NCBI GenBank assembly: GCA_965249245.1
Contig: CBDFLV010000004.1
Span: forward strand, 95,189-159,188
Direction of reading: 5' to 3'
Origin: Acidobacteriota bacterium
Lineage (GTDB): Bacteria > Acidobacteriota > UBA6911 > RPQK01 > CBDAPI01
DNA: 64,000 bases
Made by a program: the position numbers and the translations under genes. Of the stretch, positions 27,910-36,720 are shown one piece after another (positions within the stretch are counted from its first letter, which is position 1; every line of letters begins with the position of its first letter). The notes beneath the pieces were generated by a model. That model saw only the letters and a list, made by a program, of their open reading frames with translations, searched no databases and was not told where the DNA came from.

Positions 27910-29288
27910 GAGCTACCATCAGAAGGTGTGTAAATAGCATAGGCGGTGAGTATCCTTCCGGGTTGATAAAGCCCAGGGCCGAAAGGCCCGCAACGGAAGG
28001 AGTACACACCGCATGAGCAAGAAGAACATTGAAGAAAGTGTGGAGTCAAGAGTTTGTTTCGAGCAGCTGGAAGATTGGGTGCGCGAGAGGATCCAAGGCT
28101 GGGTTCAGGAGCTGCTGGAGGAGGAGGTCACGGAGTTATTAGGGCGGCGTAAGAGTGAGCGGCGAAGAGCCGTGGACACTCCGTCGGGCTATCGCAATGG
28201 ATATGGCAAGCCGAGGCATCTGACGATGAGCTCGGGGACGATCCAGGTTCGAAGGCCTCGAGTGCGGGATCTAGAGGAACGCTTTGAAAGTCGGGTGTTG
28301 CCGCTGTTTGCCAAGCGGACGCGGCAGGTTCGAGAACTGATCCCTGAGCTGTACTTGCATGGTCTGGCGCTGGGGGATTTTGATCTGGCTCTGAGAGGGC
28401 TCTTAGGGGACAAGGCCGCGCTGTCAGCCTCCACGGTGGCGCGGTTGAAAGAGAAGTGGCAGGCCGAATGGGAGGTCTGGCAGAGTCGACCGCTGGATGA
28501 TCTGGAAGTGGTTTATTTGTGGGTAGATGGAATTTACGTCAAGGCGGGACTGGAGAAGGAAAAGGCAGTCCTGCTGGTGGTGCTGGCCGCCTTAAGTGAC
28601 GGCAGCAAAGTAGTCGTGTCGGTCACGAGTGGCTATCGGGAATCGACCCAGAGCTGGTCGGAAGTACTGCGCGACTTGAAGCAGCGGGGGATGGGTTGTC
28701 CGCGCCTGGTGATCGGAGACGGCCACCTGGGCATCTGGGGAGCTTTGCGCAACGTCTATCCCCAGGCCGAGGAGCAGCGCTGCTGGAATCATCGGATTGT
28801 CAACCTGCTGGCCAAGCTCCCCAAGGGAGTGCACAAGCCGGCCTTGCTGATTCTGCGGCAGATCCCTTACGCCGAGACCCGACAAGAGGCACAACGACTC
28901 AAGAAGGTCTTTCAGCACTGGTGCCGGCAGCGAGGACTGACCCTGACGGCTGAGTTGATCGAGCAGGACTGGGACCGGATGGTGACCTTTTACAACTATC
29001 CGAAGAAGCAGTGGCAGCATCTGCGAACAACCAATCCCGTGGAGTCACCGTTTGCCGCTCTTCGGCTGCGAACGGACGCGGCCAAGCGGTTCAAGAAAGT
29101 GGAAAACGCCCAGGCTGTGATCTGGAAGATGCTGCTGGTGGCGGAGAACAGATTCCGCCGTCTGAAGGCACCGGAGCTGATGAAAGACGTCTACCAGGGC
29201 GCCGAATATGTCAATGGAGTCCCGGTCAACCAAGTTCCGGAGGAGAAAGCCGCCTGAGCTTTTTTTACACACCTATTGACAAGAGCTC
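27910..29288 (+). mobile_element. IS256-family insertion sequence (1379 bp), imperfect IRs GAGCT-n9-AGGTGTGTAAA...AGGCGG, 9-bp TSD CTCGAATAT
   Basis: Left gagctaccatcagaaggtgtgtaaatagcataggcgg, right (rc) gagctcttgtcaataggtgtgtaaaaaaagctcaggcgg; ctcgaatat at 27901-27909 and 29289-29297. Confidence 0.8.
28013..29257 (+). CDS. IS256-family (Mutator-like) transposase
   Basis: 414 aa; YLWVDGIYVK, QRCWNHRIVN, TTNPVESPF signatures. Confidence 0.9.
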   Translation: MSKKNIEESVESRVCFEQLEDWVRERIQGWVQELLEEEVTELLGRRKSERRRAVDTPSGYRNGYGKPRHLTMSSGTIQVRRPRVRDLEERFESRVLPLFAKRTRQVRELIPELYLHGLALGDFDLALRGLLGDKAALSASTVARLKEKWQAEWEVWQSRPLDDLEVVYLWVDGIYVKAGLEKEKAVLLVVLAALSDGSKVVVSVTSGYRESTQSWSEVLRDLKQRGMGCPRLVIGDGHLGIWGALRNVYPQAEEQRCWNHRIVNLLAKLPKGVHKPALLILRQIPYAETRQEAQRLKKVFQHWCRQRGLTLTAELIEQDWDRMVTFYNYPKKQWQHLRTTNPVESPFAALRLRTDAAKRFKKVENAQAVIWKMLLVAENRFRRLKAPELMKDVYQGAEYVNGVPVNQVPEEKAA

Positions 29289-29558
29289 CTCGAATATAGC
29301 CGAAGGTTTCGAAAGAGGGCGTCCGAGGGAATTCAGGCAGTTTCTCCGAATAGCTAAGGGATCCAGCGGAGAGTTGCGGTCTCAAATCGCGATTGCAGCC
29401 GACCAAAGTTACGTCAGCCGCACTGAATACCAGCAGATCACACACGAACTCAAACACCTGAGCCGTAAGATCTCTAACCTGATGGACTACTTGTCCAAGA
29501 AAGTGTGATCCCTTGCGATCCGATTAGTCCTCCAACCCTGCCCCTGCCACCGACTAAC

Positions 29559-29603
29559 CTTTCAACCTTCAACTTTCAACCTTCAACCTTCAACTTTCAA
29601 CTA
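29559..29603 (+). repeat. Tandem octamer array (CTTYCAAC)x5, inverted partner of 27621-27655; between the convergent 3' ends of the four-helix-bundle gene and proS
   Basis: ctttcaaccttcaactttcaaccttcaaccttcaactttcaact. Confidence 0.6.
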
Positions 29604-29604
29604 A

Positions 29605-31125
29605 CTAGTACGCCCTAGCCCAAACCACCCTCCGAGGGCTGGGTTCTCCGGTAAAAATGCACGTACCAGCTCCCCCGACGTCATCGACGGGGATACAGCG
29701 GATGGTCACCGACAGTTCTTTCTGCATCTGAACGGCGATGGCTTCGTCTCCGTTCCAATGAGCCAGGGCAAAACCGCCGGAAATCCCGGCTTCGGATCCT
29801 TTGGCACCGAAGAACTCGAAGAACTCCTCCCGGGTATTCACGATCCGAGTGTAACGGGCGCGCAATGCCCGGGCTCGCTCAAGAAGATGATCCTGGATTT
29901 CCTGTAGCAGATCCGGAATCTCCGCCAGGAATCGGGCTCGCGGAACCGACTCTTTTTCCCGGGCTGAACGATCGCGTCTCCCCATGAAGACACTGTCTGA
30001 CGCAATGTCGCGCGGGCCGATTTCCAGCCGAATCGGCACTCCTTTCTTGATCCAGTTCCAGACCTTGTCCCCTCCCCGCACATCCCGCTCATCCAACTCC
30101 ACTTCAATCCTGCGGCCATCGTAGGTCCGGGACCGGAGTTCATCCCGCAGGTTCCTGCAGTACTCGAGCACCTGCTCCCGGCTCTCCGCCTTGAACAGAA
30201 TCGGCATGATGACAACATGAGCCGGGGCCAGCCGGGGCGGAAGCACCAGGCCGTCATCGTCACTGTGAGCCATGACCAGAGCGCCCACCAATCTCGTCGA
30301 GACACCCCAGGAGGTGGTCCACACATGCTGCTCCTGGCCGTTCTCGTCCAGAAAGGTAACGTCCTGGACCCTGGCGAAGTTCTGCCCCAGAAAGTGCGAC
30401 GTTCCGGCCTGCAGTGCTTTGCCATCCTGCATCATGGCCTCGATCGTGAGTGACTTTTCAGCGCCGGGAAATGTCTCCCCAGGAGTCTTCTCTCCTCCAA
30501 TGACAGGCATGGCCATAAACTCTTCGGCAAAACGGGCGTAGACGTCATGCATCGTTCTGGTCTCGGCCAGGGCCTCCTCCCTGCTGGCGTGGGCGGTATG
30601 GCCTTCCTGCCACAGGAACTCCGTCGTTCGGAGAAAGAGACGTGTCCGCAACTCCCAGCGGACCACGTTGCACCACTGGTTGATGAGTAAAGGAAGATCC
30701 CGATAGCTGCTGATCCACTTGGCAAAGCTGGCCCCGATGATCGTCTCGCTGGTGGGACGAACAATCAGCGGCTCTTCCAACTTGCCGGCGGGGACCAGTT
30801 CACCATCTCTTTCCTCTAGACGATGATGGGTGACGACTGCACATTCCTTGGCGAATCCCTTGACGTGTTGAGCTTCCTTTTCGAGAAAGCTCTTGGGAAT
30901 GAAGAGCGGAAAATAGGCATTCCGGTGCCCCGTATCCTTGAACATTCCATCCAGGATGCGCTGCATGTTTTCCCAGATCGCGTAGCCCCACGGCTTGATC
31001 ACCATGCAGCCGCGGACCGGCGAGACTTCGGCCAGATCAGCAGCCCGAACGACCTGCTGGTACCACTGGGGATAGTCTTCTGCGCGGGTTGGTGTGATCG
31101 CCGTCCTGGTTGTTTGCTTTGCCAT
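29605..31125 (-). CDS. proS: Proline--tRNA ligase (class II, archaeal/eukaryotic-type ProRS)
   Basis: From internal Met MAKQTTRTAITPTRAEDYPQWYQQVV...; class II motifs; ORF-track 91-aa extension rejected. Confidence 0.9.
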   Translation of the reverse strand: MAKQTTRTAITPTRAEDYPQWYQQVVRAADLAEVSPVRGCMVIKPWGYAIWENMQRILDGMFKDTGHRNAYFPLFIPKSFLEKEAQHVKGFAKECAVVTHHRLEERDGELVPAGKLEEPLIVRPTSETIIGASFAKWISSYRDLPLLINQWCNVVRWELRTRLFLRTTEFLWQEGHTAHASREEALAETRTMHDVYARFAEEFMAMPVIGGEKTPGETFPGAEKSLTIEAMMQDGKALQAGTSHFLGQNFARVQDVTFLDENGQEQHVWTTSWGVSTRLVGALVMAHSDDDGLVLPPRLAPAHVVIMPILFKAESREQVLEYCRNLRDELRSRTYDGRRIEVELDERDVRGGDKVWNWIKKGVPIRLEIGPRDIASDSVFMGRRDRSAREKESVPRARFLAEIPDLLQEIQDHLLERARALRARYTRIVNTREEFFEFFGAKGSEAGISGGFALAHWNGDEAIAVQMQKELSVTIRCIPVDDVGGAGTCIFTGEPSPRRVVWARAY

Positions 31126-31164
31126 AGAGACCGGATTATGGCAAATTCCGAGCTCCCAATTCCA

Positions 31165-31212
31165 GATTGCCTGGAACCTGGAACGTGGAAGTTGGAACAT
31201 TGGAACCCTGGA
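31165..31212 (+). repeat. Tandem heptamer/octamer array (N-TGGAAC)x6 at 40-90 bp upstream of proS (GTTCCA x6 as read in the proS direction)
   Basis: cctggaacctggaacgtggaagttggaacattggaaccctggaacgttcc. Confidence 0.5.
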
Positions 31213-31913
31213 ACGTTCCCAACCCTTCCCCTGTCGCCGGGTTGATTCCCCTGTCAGAATAGGTGACGAAAGAGAGGAGCAATGACGGACGAATCGAACC
31301 CGGTCGGCGACGCGGCAGTGCAGGGTCCGACTCTTTTCGACAGCCTGGCGGGAATCTTCCTGGATCCCACAACGACCTTTCAGAGAATCAACCACCGGCC
31401 GGTCTGGCTCATTCCGTGCCTGGCCCTGGTCCTTCTCGCCATGGTTTCAAGCTATCTGATCGTCGAAAGAATCGGGTCCGAGAACGTAGTCAGACTGCAG
31501 ATTGAGCAGAGCCCATTGACCTCCGATATGTCCAGGGAGGAAAAAAACGCAGCCATCGAGAGAGCCCTCGAATCGCCTGCCCCCAGGTTCATGGCCCTGA
31601 TCGGCCCCGTCCTGTGTCCGTTAGTCCCGCTGCTGACATCGGGTATTCTCATGCTCATCCTGATGATCCTCGGCCATTCCCCCGGCTTCTCCAGGCTGTT
31701 CTCTGTCGCTATCCACTCTTTCTGGGCTTATTCTGTCGTTGCCTACACCCTGGCTCTTGCTCGTCCTCTACCTGTCCCAGGACCCCTCCTTGCTCGACCC
31801 ACGGAACCTGGTTCTATCCCATCTTGGAGTCCTGTGATTGGCGACAGTTAGAATTCCCCGCGACGACAAATGGAATTCCCCGCTTTTTCAGGGCTGATCC
31901 TGACCATGAGGGC

Positions 31914-33386
31914 ATGGTTAAGGATCAGCAAGTGCGGAGGTTAGTAAAGTTGAAGAAGAACGAGAAGACGCTAACGATGGCGGCGGCCAAAGCGGGGATG
32001 TCGCGAAAGACAGCTCGCAAGTACCTGAAGTCGGGAAAGCTACCGAGCCAGTGTCAGCCGGAACGGTATTGGAGAACTCGATCGGATCCGTTCGAGTCGG
32101 TGTGGCCGGAGGTGAAAGAGATCCTGAAGCGATCGCCGACGGTGGAAGCAAAAGCGGTGTTCGATCATTTGTGTCGTCAGCAGGAAGGGGCCTTCCAGCA
32201 AGGCCAGTTGAGAACGCTGCAGCGCAGGATCAAGCAGTGGAAGGCAGAATACGGAGAAGCGAAGGAGGTGATGTTCCCGCAGAAGTATCAGCCGGGACAT
32301 CAAGCGCAATCGGACTTCACGTTTATGGGGCGCCTCGGAGTGACGATCCAGGGCCAGCCGTTTCCCCATCTGCTGTACCACTTCGTGTTGGCCTACTCGA
32401 ACTGGGAAGCGACCACGCTGTGTTTCAGTGAGTCGTTTGAGAGCCTCAGCCTGGGGCTTCAGAACGCGTTGTGGGAGTTGGGGGCGCTGCCCGAGGAGCA
32501 CCGGACCGACCGGCTCTCGGCGGCAGTCAAGAACCTGAAGCGGGAAGAGTTCACCGAGCGCTATCAAGCGTTGCTGAGACACTTCGGGATGCGCTCCAGT
32601 CGCACTCAGGCAGGAAAGGCACACGAGAACGGGGATGTGGAACAGTCCCATCACCGCTTGAAACGGGCCATTGAGCAGGAACTGCTGCTGCGGTGTAGCC
32701 GTGATTTTTCCAGCCGGGAAGAGTACGAGGGCTTTGTAGCGGTGATTGTGTCCCGGCGCAATGCGGCCCGGCAAAAGCGCCTGGGAGAAGAGCTGGCAGT
32801 GATGCGCCCGTTGCCGGCACGCCGTCTGGATGACTTCACCCGGCAGTGGGTGAGAGTCTCCCCCAGCAGTACGATCCGGGTTCGCCACAACACCTATTCG
32901 GTGGACAGCCGGTTGATCGGCGAGCGCGTTCAAGTGCGGGTGTGGGCGGATCAGGTGGAGGTCTACTACGGAGGACGGCGCCAGGCACGGATGCCGCGCT
33001 TGCGAGGAGAAGGCAAGCATCGCATTGACTACCGGCACGTGATCCATTCGTTGGTGCGCAAGCCGGGGGCGTTTACTCGCTATCGCTGGCGGGAGGATCT
33101 GTTTCCGGGGATCTTGTTTCGAGTCGCCTACGACGAGCTGCGCCGAGATTGTCCGGCCACGGCGGATCGCCAATATCTGAAGATCCTCGAGGTGGCTGCC
33201 CAGGAAGGTGAACAGCGGGTGCGAGAGGCACTTCAGGTGTTGATTGAGCGGGGACAAAGAATCCGTTTTGAAGCACTACGAGAATGCCTTGTCGATCCGG
33301 TGGTGGAACCCTGGGAAGTGATGGTGGAGAAGATGGACGTGGGCCTCTACGACACCCTTCTCGAGAACCGGGAGGTGAGGTCATGA
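31914..33386 (+). CDS. istA: IS21-family transposase IstA (copy 1)
   Basis: 490 aa from MVKDQQVRRLVKLKKNEKTLTMAAAKAGMSRKTARKYL (HTH), DDE core; identical to the minus-strand copy at 35248..36720. Confidence 0.9.
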   Translation: MVKDQQVRRLVKLKKNEKTLTMAAAKAGMSRKTARKYLKSGKLPSQCQPERYWRTRSDPFESVWPEVKEILKRSPTVEAKAVFDHLCRQQEGAFQQGQLRTLQRRIKQWKAEYGEAKEVMFPQKYQPGHQAQSDFTFMGRLGVTIQGQPFPHLLYHFVLAYSNWEATTLCFSESFESLSLGLQNALWELGALPEEHRTDRLSAAVKNLKREEFTERYQALLRHFGMRSSRTQAGKAHENGDVEQSHHRLKRAIEQELLLRCSRDFSSREEYEGFVAVIVSRRNAARQKRLGEELAVMRPLPARRLDDFTRQWVRVSPSSTIRVRHNTYSVDSRLIGERVQVRVWADQVEVYYGGRRQARMPRLRGEGKHRIDYRHVIHSLVRKPGAFTRYRWREDLFPGILFRVAYDELRRDCPATADRQYLKILEVAAQEGEQRVREALQVLIERGQRIRFEALRECLVDPVVEPWEVMVEKMDVGLYDTLLENREVRS

Positions 33387-34132
33387 GCACAGGCAACTTA
33401 CCGCGACTTCGCGAGTGCCTAATCGAGCTGCATCTACCGGCCTTTCGGGAGCACTACGCCGCCCAGGCGGCACTGGCCACCCAGGAAAGTCTGTCCTATC
33501 CCCGGTTTCTCTTGTCGTTATCTGAGATCGAGGTGGCGGAGCGGCACGAGCGCAAAATCCAGCGCCAGCGTCGGGCCTCCAAGCTTCCCTGGGAGAAAAC
33601 GCTGACGGCGCTGGACCGCTCGCGCTTGCCCCAAAGCGTGGATCGACAACTCACAGCGCTGCTGGAAGGGACGTTTTTGGATCGTGCCGAGAACGTCTTG
33701 GCTTTCGGTAACCCTGGGAGCGGGAAAACCCATCTGGTCTGTGCTCTGGGCCAGGAGTTGATTCTGCTGGGGCGCCGGGTTCTGTTTTCTACCTGCGCCC
33801 TGCTGGTACAGCGATTGCTGCGGGCCAAAATCGATCTGACTCTGGAGAAGGAGCTCAAGAAACTGGATCGCTTCGAGGCTCTCATAGTCGATGACATCGG
33901 CTACGTTCAGCAAAGCCGGGAGGAAATGGAGGTTCTCTTCACACTGCTGGCCCATCGTTACGAACGTCGCAGCATCTTGCTGACCAGCAACCTGATCTTC
34001 TCGGACTGGGAGAGGATCTTCAAGGACCCCCTGACGACGGCAGCAGCCATCGACCGGCTGGTGCACCACAGCGTGATTCTGGAACTCAACGTCCCGAGCT
34101 ATCGAATGGAGAGCGCCAAGGCAAAGCAGTGA
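33383..34132 (+). CDS. istB: IS21-family helper ATPase IstB (copy 1); last 4 codons replaced, stop supplied by the terminal TGA of the inserted copy 2
   Basis: From MSTGNLPRLRECL...; Walker A GNPGSGKTH, Walker B LIVDDIGY; ends ...AKAKQ* versus ...AKAKQQGTTK* in copy 2. Confidence 0.9.
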   Translation: MSTGNLPRLRECLIELHLPAFREHYAAQAALATQESLSYPRFLLSLSEIEVAERHERKIQRQRRASKLPWEKTLTALDRSRLPQSVDRQLTALLEGTFLDRAENVLAFGNPGSGKTHLVCALGQELILLGRRVLFSTCALLVQRLLRAKIDLTLEKELKKLDRFEALIVDDIGYVQQSREEMEVLFTLLAHRYERRSILLTSNLIFSDWERIFKDPLTTAAAIDRLVHHSVILELNVPSYRMESAKAKQ

Positions 34133-34486
34133 TCAACGTCAAATAGAATTCCCGCAGCGACGATTGGAAATCCCCACACAAGGATTAAAAAAAAAGAGCT
34201 GTAGCCGTCCTCTGAGACGGCCCTTTCCGCGGTCCTCCTTTCTGTAAAAAAGAGAGATTGTTCCTAGAATGCGAGGGGGACGGAGTGAGGGCGTAGCCCG
34301 AACGGAGCTCCCCCTCGCTCGCGCTGGCGTCGAGGGGAGTGGACCAGATCCACGAGGCTGCTGAGCGGCCTCTGTAGGGCGCTGTACGACCTCTCCCCTT
34401 GGCGGGCACTCGTCTATCGCCCTCACCAAGCACTTTCCGGGGTCCAATCAGCCGATTTGCCCGGATTTGACCTCCTCGCGGTTTCC

Positions 34487-35251
34487 TCATTTCGTGGTTC
34501 CCTGCTGCTTTGCCTTGGCGCTCTCCATTCGATAGCTCGGGACGTTGAGTTCCAGAATCACGCTGTGGTGCACCAGCCGGTCGATGGCTGCTGCCGTCGT
34601 CAGGGGGTCCTTGAAGATCCTCTCCCAGTCCGAGAAGATCAGGTTGCTGGTCAGCAAGATGCTGCGACGTTCGTAACGATGGGCCAGCAGTGTGAAGAGA
34701 ACCTCCATTTCCTCCCGGCTTTGCTGAACGTAGCCGATGTCATCGACTATGAGAGCCTCGAAGCGATCCAGTTTCTTGAGCTCCTTCTCCAGAGTCAGAT
34801 CGATTTTGGCCCGCAGCAATCGCTGTACCAGCAGGGCGCAGGTAGAAAACAGAACCCGGCGCCCCAGCAGAATCAACTCCTGGCCCAGAGCACAGACCAG
34901 ATGGGTTTTCCCGCTCCCAGGGTTACCGAAAGCCAAGACGTTCTCGGCACGATCCAAAAACGTCCCTTCCAGCAGCGCTGTGAGTTGTCGATCCACGCTT
35001 TGGGGCAAGCGCGAGCGGTCCAGCGCCGTCAGCGTTTTCTCCCAGGGAAGCTTGGAGGCCCGACGCTGGCGCTGGATTTTGCGCTCGTGCCGCTCCGCCA
35101 CCTCGATCTCAGATAACGACAAGAGAAACCGGGGATAGGACAGACTTTCCTGGGTGGCCAGTGCCGCCTGGGCGGCGTAGTGCTCCCGAAAGGCCGGTAG
35201 ATGCAGCTCGATTAGGCACTCGCGAAGTCGCGGTAAGTTGCCTGTGCTCAT
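34487..35251 (-). CDS. istB: IstB (copy 2, intact)
   Basis: Identical to copy 1 but with native C-terminus ...SAKAKQQGTTK. Confidence 0.9.
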   Translation of the reverse strand: MSTGNLPRLRECLIELHLPAFREHYAAQAALATQESLSYPRFLLSLSEIEVAERHERKIQRQRRASKLPWEKTLTALDRSRLPQSVDRQLTALLEGTFLDRAENVLAFGNPGSGKTHLVCALGQELILLGRRVLFSTCALLVQRLLRAKIDLTLEKELKKLDRFEALIVDDIGYVQQSREEMEVLFTLLAHRYERRSILLTSNLIFSDWERIFKDPLTTAAAIDRLVHHSVILELNVPSYRMESAKAKQQGTTK

Positions 35252-36720
35252 GACCTCACCTCCCGGTTCTCGAGAAGGGTGTCGTAGAGGCCCACGTCCA
35301 TCTTCTCCACCATCACTTCCCAGGGTTCCACCACCGGATCGACAAGGCATTCTCGTAGTGCTTCAAAACGGATTCTTTGTCCCCGCTCAATCAACACCTG
35401 AAGTGCCTCTCGCACCCGCTGTTCACCTTCCTGGGCAGCCACCTCGAGGATCTTCAGATATTGGCGATCCGCCGTGGCCGGACAATCTCGGCGCAGCTCG
35501 TCGTAGGCGACTCGAAACAAGATCCCCGGAAACAGATCCTCCCGCCAGCGATAGCGAGTAAACGCCCCCGGCTTGCGCACCAACGAATGGATCACGTGCC
35601 GGTAGTCAATGCGATGCTTGCCTTCTCCTCGCAAGCGCGGCATCCGTGCCTGGCGCCGTCCTCCGTAGTAGACCTCCACCTGATCCGCCCACACCCGCAC
35701 TTGAACGCGCTCGCCGATCAACCGGCTGTCCACCGAATAGGTGTTGTGGCGAACCCGGATCGTACTGCTGGGGGAGACTCTCACCCACTGCCGGGTGAAG
35801 TCATCCAGACGGCGTGCCGGCAACGGGCGCATCACTGCCAGCTCTTCTCCCAGGCGCTTTTGCCGGGCCGCATTGCGCCGGGACACAATCACCGCTACAA
35901 AGCCCTCGTACTCTTCCCGGCTGGAAAAATCACGGCTACACCGCAGCAGCAGTTCCTGCTCAATGGCCCGTTTCAAGCGGTGATGGGACTGTTCCACATC
36001 CCCGTTCTCGTGTGCCTTTCCTGCCTGAGTGCGACTGGAGCGCATCCCGAAGTGTCTCAGCAACGCTTGATAGCGCTCGGTGAACTCTTCCCGCTTCAGG
36101 TTCTTGACTGCCGCCGAGAGCCGGTCGGTCCGGTGCTCCTCGGGCAGCGCCCCCAACTCCCACAACGCGTTCTGAAGCCCCAGGCTGAGGCTCTCAAACG
36201 ACTCACTGAAACACAGCGTGGTCGCTTCCCAGTTCGAGTAGGCCAACACGAAGTGGTACAGCAGATGGGGAAACGGCTGGCCCTGGATCGTCACTCCGAG
36301 GCGCCCCATAAACGTGAAGTCCGATTGCGCTTGATGTCCCGGCTGATACTTCTGCGGGAACATCACCTCCTTCGCTTCTCCGTATTCTGCCTTCCACTGC
36401 TTGATCCTGCGCTGCAGCGTTCTCAACTGGCCTTGCTGGAAGGCCCCTTCCTGCTGACGACACAAATGATCGAACACCGCTTTTGCTTCCACCGTCGGCG
36501 ATCGCTTCAGGATCTCTTTCACCTCCGGCCACACCGACTCGAACGGATCCGATCGAGTTCTCCAATACCGTTCCGGCTGACACTGGCTCGGTAGCTTTCC
36601 CGACTTCAGGTACTTGCGAGCTGTCTTTCGCGACATCCCCGCTTTGGCCGCCGCCATCGTTAGCGTCTTCTCGTTCTTCTTCAACTTTACTAACCTCCGC
36701 ACTTGCTGATCCTTAACCAT
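35248..36720 (-). CDS. istA: IstA (copy 2)
   Basis: Identical 490-aa protein on the minus strand. Confidence 0.9.
   Translation of the reverse strand: MVKDQQVRRLVKLKKNEKTLTMAAAKAGMSRKTARKYLKSGKLPSQCQPERYWRTRSDPFESVWPEVKEILKRSPTVEAKAVFDHLCRQQEGAFQQGQLRTLQRRIKQWKAEYGEAKEVMFPQKYQPGHQAQSDFTFMGRLGVTIQGQPFPHLLYHFVLAYSNWEATTLCFSESFESLSLGLQNALWELGALPEEHRTDRLSAAVKNLKREEFTERYQALLRHFGMRSSRTQAGKAHENGDVEQSHHRLKRAIEQELLLRCSRDFSSREEYEGFVAVIVSRRNAARQKRLGEELAVMRPLPARRLDDFTRQWVRVSPSSTIRVRHNTYSVDSRLIGERVQVRVWADQVEVYYGGRRQARMPRLRGEGKHRIDYRHVIHSLVRKPGAFTRYRWREDLFPGILFRVAYDELRRDCPATADRQYLKILEVAAQEGEQRVREALQVLIERGQRIRFEALRECLVDPVVEPWEVMVEKMDVGLYDTLLENREVRS

Larger units (their letters stand above)
27752..29508 (+). 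pseudogene. Four-helix-bundle protein gene (23S rRNA-intervening-sequence protein / TIGR02436, Avd-like fold) disrupted by IS256-family insertion; N-part 27752-27909, C-part 29289-29508
   Basis: N-part MPTVRHFEELEIWQRARAITNHIYELTSKDRFRTDFPLGDQTGKSAISISSN; C-part resumes ...SSSNIAEGFERGRPREFRQFLRIAKGSSGELRSQIAIAADQSYVSRTEYQQITHELKHLSRKISNLMDYL; excising the IS plus one TSD copy restores ...ISISSNIAEGFERG... in frame. Confidence 0.7.

Noticed and set aside
27621-31215. Short tandem arrays (GTTGAARG, TGGAAC) as possible CRISPR arrays
   Set aside because: Units are 7-8 bp with no unique spacers and no cas genes; they are simple tandem repeats
31614-33386. 590-aa version of istA starting at 31614
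   Set aside because: The first 100 aa are translated from the IS left IR and Yip1-derived sequence; the identical inverted copy begins at MVKDQQ (490 aa)
34139-34490. ORFs 34139..34447 and 34185..34490 (and mirror copies 36719..37172) in the IS21 3' region
   Set aside because: Low-complexity Arg/Pro/Gly-rich translations inside the non-coding 385-bp IS21 3' segment, which contains a GC hairpin plus T-run (gccgtctcagaggacggc...ttttttttt) more consistent with a terminator
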